Of a DNA stretch of 32,000 nucleotides, positions 25,299-32,000 are shown in pieces; within the stretch, counting starts at the first letter, position 1; the number at the start of each line of letters is the position of its first letter. The DNA is taken from positions 210,001-242,000 of the forward strand of contig JBAYVT010000001.1 in NCBI GenBank assembly GCA_041674405.1, in the 5' to 3' direction. This DNA is from Patescibacteria group bacterium (GTDB lineage Bacteria; Patescibacteriota; UBA1384; XYA2-FULL-43-10). Under the pieces are notes generated by a model, which worked only from the letters and a program-made list of their open reading frames with translations, had not been told where the DNA came from and did not search any database. The position numbers were made by a program, and so were the translations under genes.

Positions 25299-26546
25299 TT
25301 ATTTCGTTATTCCCGGCACCGGAAAAACTTTTGTCATTTCTGCGACTTCCTTTTTGATTTCGGCAAGCTTTGATTCATTATTCATATTTTCAGCAACTAT
25401 ATTGAATAATTCAGCGATTCGCTGCATCTCTCCTGCTCCCATGCCACGAGTTGTCAGAGCGGCGGTGCCAACACGGATTCCAGAAGTGACCTTTGGGGGA
25501 TTTGGATCATTCGGGACGGCATTTTTGTTTACCGTAATGCCGGCTTTGTCGAGCGCGACTTCGAATTCCTTACCGGTGATTTTTTTGCTCTGTAAATCAA
25601 CCAAAATTAAATGATTATCCGTACCACCTGTTACCAAATCAAAGTCTAAGCTCATCAGGGTTTTGGCAAAAGTCTGCATATTGTCGAGGACTTTACCAAT
25701 ATACTCTTTAAATTCAGGCTTCAATGCTTCACCAAAAGCAACTGCCTTAGCGGCGATAATATGCTCAAGCGGACCTCCTTGAATACCCGGGAAAATCGTT
25801 TTGTTGATTTTTTTTGAGAGCTCCTCGTTATTGGTCATGATAATTCCTGACCTAGGGCCTCGCAAAGTTTTGTGAGTTGTTGAGGTAACAATATCTGCAA
25901 CTCCAACAGGGGATTCGTGGTAGCCCGTCGCAACGAGACCAGCGATATGGGCAATGTCTGCAAATAAAAGTGCACCGACTGAGTTTGCAATTTCGCGAAA
26001 TTTTTTAAAATCCAGCTTTCGCGGGTATGCAGAGTATCCACACATGATCACTTGTGGCTTAGCTTCTTTTGCTAATTCAGCAATTTGATTATAATCAAGC
26101 ACTCCTGTTTCTGGGTTCAGACCATAAGAATAGGATTCAAAAAACTTACCCGAAAATGAAACCTTTGATCCGTGGGTCAAGTGCCCGCCGGCATCAAGCG
26201 ATTGGCCCATAATTTTATCACCCGGTTTCAAGGTGGCAAAATACGCCGCCATATTAGCGCTGGAACCAGAATGCGGTTGGACATTGGCAAATTTGCAGCC
26301 GAATAATTTTTTAAGCCGATCAATAGCCAGGTTTTCGGCTTGATCGATAAACTCACAGCCGCCGTAATACCGTGCGCCGGGATAACCTTCGGCATATTTA
26401 TTGGTTAAAACCGAGCCTTGTGCTTCAAGCACTGCTTTTGATGGATAATTTTCAGACGCAATCATCTCAAGCCCTTCAGTCTGGCGCCTCTCTTCACAAC
26501 GGATGATGTCATACATTTCTTTGTCGTTTTTTTCAAGCTCGGTCAT
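25299..26546 (-). CDS. glyA: serine hydroxymethyltransferase
   Basis: 415 aa with the PLP-lysine motif [15 protein letters not shown]. The sequence reads as SHMT along its whole length (MIASENY..., [10 protein letters not shown]). Confidence 0.95.
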   Translation of the reverse strand: MTELEKNDKEMYDIIRCEERRQTEGLEMIASENYPSKAVLEAQGSVLTNKYAEGYPGARYYGGCEFIDQAENLAIDRLKKLFGCKFANVQPHSGSSANMAAYFATLKPGDKIMGQSLDAGGHLTHGSKVSFSGKFFESYSYGLNPETGVLDYNQIAELAKEAKPQVIMCGYSAYPRKLDFKKFREIANSVGALLFADIAHIAGLVATGYHESPVGVADIVTSTTHKTLRGPRSGIIMTNNEELSKKINKTIFPGIQGGPLEHIIAAKAVAFGEALKPEFKEYIGKVLDNMQTFAKTLMSLDFDLVTGGTDNHLILVDLQSKKITGKEFEVALDKAGITVNKNAVPNDPNPPKVTSGIRVGTAALTTRGMGAGEMQRIAELFNIVAENMNNESKLAEIKKEVAEMTKVFPVPGITK

Positions 26547-27199
26547 TTTTCCTCCAATTCATGATATTCAATTAACTCTTTTTTAAATTCACTATAAAAT
26601 CTTTTTAAGAACAAATTCCTGCGCCGTGCAATTTTCTTGGAATACGCAAAATGCAATTTATCCCATTTTATCATCGGATCTCTTCTGATTTGATCCAGCA
26701 GGCTATGATTCAGCCATATTTCTTCATCTTTTGGTACCGGTTTGTCAGTATATATTGGGAAACCTCTCTCGCCGAAGTAATATGCCAATCGCGCTATGCC
26801 GATTGCGCCAAGCATTTCAATTTTATCGGCATCTTGCAAAATCCTTACTTCATCTTTGTCTGATTTTTCAGCTTTATCTCCCTCATGATAGTTGTCGTGC
26901 AATTTAATAACTTCTAGAACAGCAGCAATTTTTTTCTTCGGGAAGCCAACTTCCGGCAGCCATTTTTCTGCTATTTCCATGCCATATTTGTAGTGGTGCC
27001 AATCGTCATCTTCATGATGCATAAAACCAATATCATGCATTAGGCATGCTGCTTCCAAAATTTCCGTATCACAAGGAACTTTTGCTGCAATTTTAAGCGC
27101 GTTATCCCGCACTCGAGTTAAATGGAAAAAATCATGACAGGCAGTATATCCTTCCAGATACTTCTTGATCTTTTTTTCCAAATCCTTTTGCCAGCTCAT
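26543..27199 (-). CDS. HD domain phosphohydrolase
   Basis: [10 protein letters not shown]...CLMHDIGF...LHD motifs are present. It overlaps the glyA start by 4 nt. Confidence 0.8.
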   Translation of the reverse strand: MSWQKDLEKKIKKYLEGYTACHDFFHLTRVRDNALKIAAKVPCDTEILEAACLMHDIGFMHHEDDDWHHYKYGMEIAEKWLPEVGFPKKKIAAVLEVIKLHDNYHEGDKAEKSDKDEVRILQDADKIEMLGAIGIARLAYYFGERGFPIYTDKPVPKDEEIWLNHSLLDQIRRDPMIKWDKLHFAYSKKIARRRNLFLKRFYSEFKKELIEYHELEEK

Positions 27200-27300
27200 G
27201 TATTTCCTTGGAGTTACATGAATATTATAACCAGATCAGGCAATTTCTGCCACAGAAAATGAAAATATATGAGCTTTCTATGTAGTTATTAATCAGAAAT

Positions 27301-28908
27301 TTACAGCTCTTTCAGCCGTTCTTCAAATTCTTCGTCCAATTGAGATTTCAAATCTTCATGAAATTTGTCGTCATAATCTTTAACTGTGTCTTTAACTCGC
27401 CCGCAGCTTTTTTCTTCGAGGCAAAAATGCGGAATTTGGCATTTGGTCACCATCAGTTTTGCAATATTAGGCAATTTTTTCCGTTCAAGAATTTTTTTAA
27501 TTTTTTCCATTTCTTTAATAGCCATTGGGCGCAATTGCGCTTCAGCGGTCGTGCAGGTCCTCACCGGGTAATAACCAGCAATTAGATTATATAAATCGTA
27601 TTGCTGCAAAATATCCACCCTAACTCCGCGCGGCATAATGAAAATAGCATCAGAGGGCTTAATTTTGTATTTCCCAATGAGTAAGAAATATGCATCGAGA
27701 GCATTAATGACAATATTCAAATATTCATAAAGCAGACTTTTCTGCTTTTTTATAGTAGGCGGAATAGTGAAAAAACGATCAATAATTTTAAGGTCAGCCT
27801 CCGCTAGTTTTTCTTTGGCAATTTTATTGCGGTATTTCTCAAAGATTGGCTGGCAGCGGTCAATAGCATAATACAGCGAGTCTGGCGTCATTGGTACTGT
27901 CCTATGGCGTTTTTTGTCTCCCCAAACCCGCCAGGAAACTGCTGATAGCACCTTGACCGTAAGAGCAGTATTGTAGTCACGGCAAAAGTCATGCCGTAGA
28001 GCTAATAACTTACGCCAATTTTTTTTGATCATCCTTTTATTTGGGACTAATTCCTTTTCTTTCTTTACGATTTCCTTGGCGCTCCTATCAAGGCCTGGTG
28101 TAATTGTTGCATCTAAGCTAATTACATCGGACAAGTCGTTGGAGATACCTTTAGCTTTAATTAGTTCGCGTGTAATGTTTATCTTTGCTGGATCCTTAAA
28201 GGGATTAGGATAAGGAAGAACATTTCGGCCTGCAAGATCTCTGGAAGCATATACTAAATCCACGCCATATTTTTTTAGCTCTTTTTCAATTTTTTGGATC
28301 ATCATCTGGGCTTCTTCAGGCATCCAATCACCTTGCGATTCTGCTTCCTTCTTAAAAGCTATTACAGATTCAATCGGGTAAGCGATAATACCGGTACCAT
28401 ATATACCATAATGCAGTGTTTTTGATGCATCATCTTTGTTGATTCCACTTTTGAGCAATTTGTTTAGAAAATTGATATTATTATCTGAAATTTTTTTATA
28501 AATTGCTTTTGCTTCGGCATTATTGTTAATGGCAGTAGGGTATACTATGTCATCTACAGTGGTATCGGTGCGGCGTCCTGAAGCCATGAGCGCAGACGAG
28601 AAAACCATCCCGGTCATCAAAGAGTCAATAAATTTTGAAGCTTCATAGGTAAAACAGATCGCCGGTGTCGTGGCAATCGAGGCATGACCTCGAAGAGAGG
28701 ACCGGCGAATAATGCCTTTGACTTTTTTGTCTAGGTCCTGGCCTTTTTCACAGACATCTTTGTAAAGATCTTTGACGGATTTGCCTTTAAATGTCATTAA
28801 AGCAGACAGAGAAACCAAATCTTGAGGCTTAAGATATCCTGTTTTATCTGCTAAAACCGGAATCACCCCCAAAAATGTGACTTTCATGTCTGATACTTTT
28901 CTTGCCAT
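27301..28908 (-). CDS. ThyX-like FAD-dependent thymidylate synthase, tandem-duplicated 535-aa form
   Basis: The C-terminal half has VWGDKKRHRTVPMTPDSLYY (the ThyX RHR...S signature) and MPRGVRVD...YPVRTCTTAEAQLRPMA. The N-terminal half has LRGHASIATTP...SALMASGRR, a degenerate copy without RHR. Assignment is by motif only. Confidence 0.6.
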   Translation of the reverse strand: MARKVSDMKVTFLGVIPVLADKTGYLKPQDLVSLSALMTFKGKSVKDLYKDVCEKGQDLDKKVKGIIRRSSLRGHASIATTPAICFTYEASKFIDSLMTGMVFSSALMASGRRTDTTVDDIVYPTAINNNAEAKAIYKKISDNNINFLNKLLKSGINKDDASKTLHYGIYGTGIIAYPIESVIAFKKEAESQGDWMPEEAQMMIQKIEKELKKYGVDLVYASRDLAGRNVLPYPNPFKDPAKINITRELIKAKGISNDLSDVISLDATITPGLDRSAKEIVKKEKELVPNKRMIKKNWRKLLALRHDFCRDYNTALTVKVLSAVSWRVWGDKKRHRTVPMTPDSLYYAIDRCQPIFEKYRNKIAKEKLAEADLKIIDRFFTIPPTIKKQKSLLYEYLNIVINALDAYFLLIGKYKIKPSDAIFIMPRGVRVDILQQYDLYNLIAGYYPVRTCTTAEAQLRPMAIKEMEKIKKILERKKLPNIAKLMVTKCQIPHFCLEEKSCGRVKDTVKDYDDKFHEDLKSQLDEEFEERLKEL

Positions 28909-28946
28909 AAAACTCCTTGAAAAAGTTAATTAGTATATATTAAATT

Positions 28947-29528
28947 TCAAAATCGTAACTCTTCTTTGATAAGTTCAACTTCGGGTGTCATATCAAAATA
29001 CTCGCTGTTTATCTTGATTTTGCCTCGAAATTTTTCGCAAATTATTCCCCTTTTATTGGCCAAGCGTCTTGCTTCCGGCTCAGATTCTTTCTTGGATCCG
29101 TCACTGCCTTCCTTGACTCTTAAATATTCGTCTAAATAAATAATCTTTTTGATTCCAAGATTGTTCAGTGCCTTTAAGCAGTCATAGCATGGAAAGAGGG
29201 TAATATATAAGGTTGAGCCTTTCAGGCGCTCAGTGTTGCCGGAATTAATAATCGCATTTATCTCGCTATGTGCCCCACGGCAACGCTGAATTTCATTCGT
29301 GTCCGGATCTCCATGCACCTTTGCGCAACCTTCATCAATACAATGAATATCGCCGGCGGTCGGCCCATTATAACCCAAAGAAATTACCCTGTGGTTTTCA
29401 TCCACAAAAACGGAACCGACTTTGTGAAAAATACAAGCGGTTCTTTCCGCAGCAGCAACGGCAATGGTCATAAAAAACTCATCCCAAGAAAGCCTATGGT
29501 TTCTTTGATATTTCTTATCTTTTGCCAT
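28947..29528 (-). CDS. dCMP (deoxycytidylate) deaminase family zinc enzyme
   Basis: Zinc motifs GAHSEINAI (H-x-E) and PCYDCLKAL (PCxxC) are present. 193 aa. Confidence 0.8.
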   Translation of the reverse strand: MAKDKKYQRNHRLSWDEFFMTIAVAAAERTACIFHKVGSVFVDENHRVISLGYNGPTAGDIHCIDEGCAKVHGDPDTNEIQRCRGAHSEINAIINSGNTERLKGSTLYITLFPCYDCLKALNNLGIKKIIYLDEYLRVKEGSDGSKKESEPEARRLANKRGIICEKFRGKIKINSEYFDMTPEVELIKEELRF

Positions 29529-29542
29529 TTGTCCTCCGGTTA

Positions 29543-30082
29543 TTACACTTGGATTTCTTTACCCTTGCTGGTTACCCTTCCACCTTTCCATTGTCCCCGA
29601 TATGCATTTGATTTCCCCGATATCTCAAAAAACATTATATGAACGATTCTGGCACCTAGTTCAATTTCAAATTCGCATGGACCAGAATTATAAAACAGAA
29701 ATGAAAGTTCCCCGCAATATCCTGGATCGATTTTTCCACCGGACATAATAATTCCTGATCGAAACAGGGTGCTCCTAAGCCACATCGCAGCAGTCAAATT
29801 CAGTGGCATATTTACCTTTTCGTTAGTTGTCACCAAGTAGCAATCGCCCGGTTTGAAAATAACTGATTGTTTTTTTTCTGGTATATATTCATATAACAAT
29901 TTTGAGTCAGTCGAGTCGCGTTCGGTAAGCCCCATAAATCCCCTGCCGCTTATTTCATGCACTTTTCCAAGACACAGGTCAAAACCACAGCCCTCTGGAT
30001 TTGTAAGCTCTCTTTCACACAGGTTTTCAACTAATTTTTGTTTTTTGACAAGATCCAAGAGTTTGTCCACGCCGAGTACCAT
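29543..30082 (-). CDS. dCTP deaminase / dUTPase superfamily protein
   Basis: SGGKIDPGYCGELSFLFYN is typical of the dCTP deaminase/dUTPase beta-barrel family. 179 aa. Confidence 0.75.
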   Translation of the reverse strand: MVLGVDKLLDLVKKQKLVENLCERELTNPEGCGFDLCLGKVHEISGRGFMGLTERDSTDSKLLYEYIPEKKQSVIFKPGDCYLVTTNEKVNMPLNLTAAMWLRSTLFRSGIIMSGGKIDPGYCGELSFLFYNSGPCEFEIELGARIVHIMFFEISGKSNAYRGQWKGGRVTSKGKEIQV

Positions 30083-30318
30083 CTTCCCTCCAAATTTATT
30101 GATATATACCAGAAACTTTTTGATAAAAAATGCGCCGGATAATTAGCGCAAATTGTAGTTTATTTCTGTTTTTTAAAGTATAGCAATACATAAATATTTT
30201 GGCGCAAGAATCGATTTGAAGATACAAAAATTATAATCACAAATTGGCAAATTACTATTTTTTATTTCCAGCATTGGATATTTATACCTAAGGCATAAAG
30301 TAAAAAAATGTTTTAGAC

Positions 30319-30347
30319 TTGAGAAAACGCATAAGTTTTGCTATCAT
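30319..30347 (+). promoter_or_regulatory. sigma70-like promoter TTGAGA-17-TATCAT
   Basis: -35 at 30319-30324 and -10 at 30342-30347, with a 17-nt spacer. Confidence 0.5.
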
Positions 30348-30359
30348 CATAATGTTTTT

Positions 30360-30421
30360 GGGCGGTTAGTCCCGATGCGGTAACCCGATCGGGATCCCGA
30401 AAGCTTCGCTCTTCGGGACTC
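30360..30421 (+). promoter_or_regulatory. GC-rich structured 5' leader with competing CCCGA/TCGGG pairings
   Basis: The outer stem pairs AGTCCCGA (30368-75) with TCGGGACT (30413-20). The interior contains overlapping palindromes CCCGATCGGG and CGGGATCCCG. It ends 7 nt before the GIY-YIG ATG. Confidence 0.35.
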
Positions 30422-30427
30422 TTTACA

Positions 30428-30688
30428 ATGAAACCAAGCGTATATATTTTAAAACTCGATGACGGAAGTTATTATATTGGATCAACTCGCGACTTAAAGA
30501 GACGCATTGCTGAACACCGGAAAGGTTTAAAAGCCAGTACAAGATTTTCTAAGAATCCCCAGATCGTATTCTTCCAGAATTTTGAAACTTATCATCAAGC
30601 TCGAATTATCGAGATAAAATTAAAATCCTATAAAAGTCGCAAAGTGATCGAAAAAATTATTAAGGAAGGAAAAATTAACAAATTATAA
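30428..30688 (+). CDS. GIY-YIG nuclease family protein (stand-alone URI domain)
   Basis: VYILKLDDGSYYIGSTRDLKRRIAEHRKG matches the GIY...YIG...R...E pattern. 86 aa. Confidence 0.85.
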   Translation: MKPSVYILKLDDGSYYIGSTRDLKRRIAEHRKGLKASTRFSKNPQIVFFQNFETYHQARIIEIKLKSYKSRKVIEKIIKEGKINKL

Positions 30689-30692
30689 TAAT

Positions 30693-30769
30693 GGGCCCGT
30701 AGCTCAGTTGGTTAGAGCGCATCGTTGACATCGATGAGGTCTGCAGTTCGAGTCTGCACGGGCCCACCA
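30693..30769 (+). tRNA. tRNA-Val (anticodon GAC), CCA encoded
   Basis: GGGCCCG TA GCTC AGTTGGTTA GAGC G CATCG TTGACAT CGATG AGGTC TGCAG TTCGAGT CTGCA CGGGCCC ACCA. Confidence 0.95.
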
Positions 30770-30799
30770 AAAAAATCCCTACTTTGTTAGGAATTTTTT
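30770..30799. terminator. bidirectional terminator between tRNA-Val and the XRE-Hsp20 gene
   Basis: aaaaaatcccta-ctttgt-taggaatttttt, with one mismatch in the stem. Confidence 0.55.
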
Positions 30800-30821
30800 T
30801 GTTATCTAACTTATTAATTTG

Positions 30822-31694
30822 TTACTTTTTGGCTTTTTTCTTGACCGCAATTTTGGCAGCTTGTTTCGGTGCGACTTTCGGTACAGTAATAGTCAAAATT
30901 CCGTTGTCCATCTCAGCTTCGGCCTTTTCTGATTTAACTTCGGATGGCAGTGTGAAGCTTCTAGTAAATGATCCAGTATACATTTCTTTGTGATAAAATC
31001 CCTCGTCTTTTTCTTCCTTTTCCTCTTTTTTCTCACCAGAAATTGTCATTATGTTATCGGCAACTTCAACAGTGACATCTTCCTCGGCAACTCCCGGAAG
31101 TTCGGCTTTGACTATGACAGCGTCTTTGGTTTCTTTTACATTGATTTTCGGCATTCCGCCAGCCTTGGCTGGGGTGACAACGCTTTCCTCAAAAAGACGA
31201 TCCATTGCATCACGGAGAGTAACCATTTCTCCGAAAGGGCGCCACGGCCCAATTTCTCTTGGCATAGAATTCTCCTTTACCCCGAGCCTGTCGAGGGGTT
31301 TACCCACCTCATCGAGCCTGTCGAGGGGTTTACCCACCTCATCGAGCCTGTCGAGGGGTTTACCCACCTCATCGAGCCTGCCGAGGAGTCTCTCGTCCTC
31401 AATTTGTCCGAGTTGCCCAGCAGTTGCGGGGTTATGATTAATAATTTTTATTGGTGAATTATTTTCAAACATTTGATTAATTTCTTTTTCAAAATCAAAT
31501 ATTTCCTCAAATGCAGAATTGAAAAAATTGCACATCGATACAACAAGGGGTAGTGATGGCATATATTTCCCCTGCTCAAGAGCGATCACAGACTGCCGGG
31601 AAATACCCAGAGCTTCGGCCAGTTCCTCTTGTGAAAGATCGTGTTGGCGACGAAGTTCGCGCAATCTGTTTTGAATGTTTGGTTCTTCTTTCAT
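30822..31694 (-). CDS. XRE-family HTH domain fused to an Hsp20/alpha-crystallin small heat-shock protein
   Basis: The N-terminus LRELRRQHDLSQEELAEALGISRQSVIALEQGK is an HTH_XRE domain. A 3x LDEVGKPLDR linker follows. The C-terminus WRPFGEM...VKAELPGVAEEDVTVEVADNIMTISGEK...GSFTRSFTLP...NGILTITVPK is an alpha-crystallin domain. An internal ATG at 31265 with its own AAGGAG SD (31272-31277) could also yield a stand-alone sHSP. Confidence 0.85.
   Translation of the reverse strand: MKEEPNIQNRLRELRRQHDLSQEELAEALGISRQSVIALEQGKYMPSLPLVVSMCNFFNSAFEEIFDFEKEINQMFENNSPIKIINHNPATAGQLGQIEDERLLGRLDEVGKPLDRLDEVGKPLDRLDEVGKPLDRLGVKENSMPREIGPWRPFGEMVTLRDAMDRLFEESVVTPAKAGGMPKINVKETKDAVIVKAELPGVAEEDVTVEVADNIMTISGEKKEEKEEKDEGFYHKEMYTGSFTRSFTLPSEVKSEKAEAEMDNGILTITVPKVAPKQAAKIAVKKKAKK
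31283..31388 (-). repeat. tandem repeat, 3 perfect 30-bp units plus a diverged partial unit, in-frame coding
   Basis: The unit cgagcctgtcgaggggtttacccacctcat occurs at 31283, 31313 and 31343. The partial fourth copy has 2 mismatches. It encodes the decapeptide LDEVGKPLDR. Confidence 0.9.
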
Positions 31695-31751
31695 AATTTT
31701 TTACTCATCAGTGATGGAATTCTGTGAAAGATCCTTGTGGTTAAATTTCAT

Positions 31752-31788
31752 TGATGTAAAGTTTACTTTACATCATGATCTTTGTCAA
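31752..31788 (-). promoter_or_regulatory. promoter TTGACA-17-TAAACT overlapped by an 11-bp-arm perfect palindrome (putative XRE operator)
   Basis: -35 is the rc of 31783-31788 and -10 is the rc of 31760-31765. The palindrome TGATGTAAAGT-tt-ACTTTACATCA spans 31752-31775 and covers the -10 and the spacer. Confidence 0.55.
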
Positions 31789-32000
31789 GGTGCCTTAAAT
31801 GAAATCAAAAGCTAAATCAAGAATTAAAACCGCAAAAAAATCAATAAATTTCAAATTACATTTATTAATTTTAATTATAGTTATAGGTTATCTTTCCCAT
31901 AGAGAAATATCTTTGTTTTTTTGCCCAAATTGAAGGTTTTAGCTGATTTTATGAATATGTGCTCGGTGAATGTAAAAGACAGCGAAACGACCCTGGCATC

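Noticed and set aside
31283-31388. 30-bp repeats considered as a CRISPR array.
   Set aside because: The repeats are directly abutting with no spacers. They lie in frame inside a long ORF, and no cas genes or leader are present.
31798-32000. Two competing short reading frames at the right edge. One is a 44-aa plus-strand ORF (MKSKAKSRIKTAKKSINFKLHLLILIIVIGY...). The other is a minus-strand C-terminal fragment (…SLSFTFTEHIFIKSAKTFNLGKKTKIFLYGKDNL*, stop at 31881-31883).
   Set aside because: They are mutually exclusive, too short to evaluate and carry no motifs. The window ends before either could be confirmed.

Overview
AT-rich bacterial chromosome fragment. The gene content suggests a small-genome Patescibacteria/CPR-type organism, which is an inference from the giant surface protein, the RRM protein, the reduced RNase P RNA and the compact operons. 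Recognisable housekeeping genes are thrS, glyA, rnhB, rnpB (RNase P RNA), tRNA-Gln(UUG) and tRNA-Val(GAC). There are two ABC transporter pairs, a ZIP metal transporter, a PAP2 phosphatase, an SPFH/stomatin protein, a PEBP protein and two NUDIX hydrolases. A minus-strand pyrimidine deoxynucleotide operon runs dCTP deaminase-like, dCMP deaminase, a 535-aa tandem ThyX-like protein, an HD hydrolase, glyA and NUDIX. A 1582-aa secreted multidomain HEXXH protein is also present. The most unusual content is four visibly GC-rich islands (about 2341-2697, 8776-10111, 10703-11240, 21029-22382) in otherwise AT-rich DNA. Each island is a self-contained unit with a sigma70-like promoter (17-nt spacer), a Shine-Dalgarno site, an orphan ORF and an intrinsic terminator. 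One island encodes an HD-methyltransferase fusion and is bracketed by a perfect 22-bp direct repeat with subterminal hairpins, which looks like a recombinase-less mobile cassette. Other notable items are a 19-nt duplication of the tRNA-Gln 3' end around a 153-bp GC-rich spacer, and an XRE-HTH::Hsp20 fusion joined by three perfect 30-bp in-frame repeats with a palindromic operator in its promoter. A NUDIX gene also lacks a canonical start codon. All family assignments come from motifs read by eye; no database search was run.
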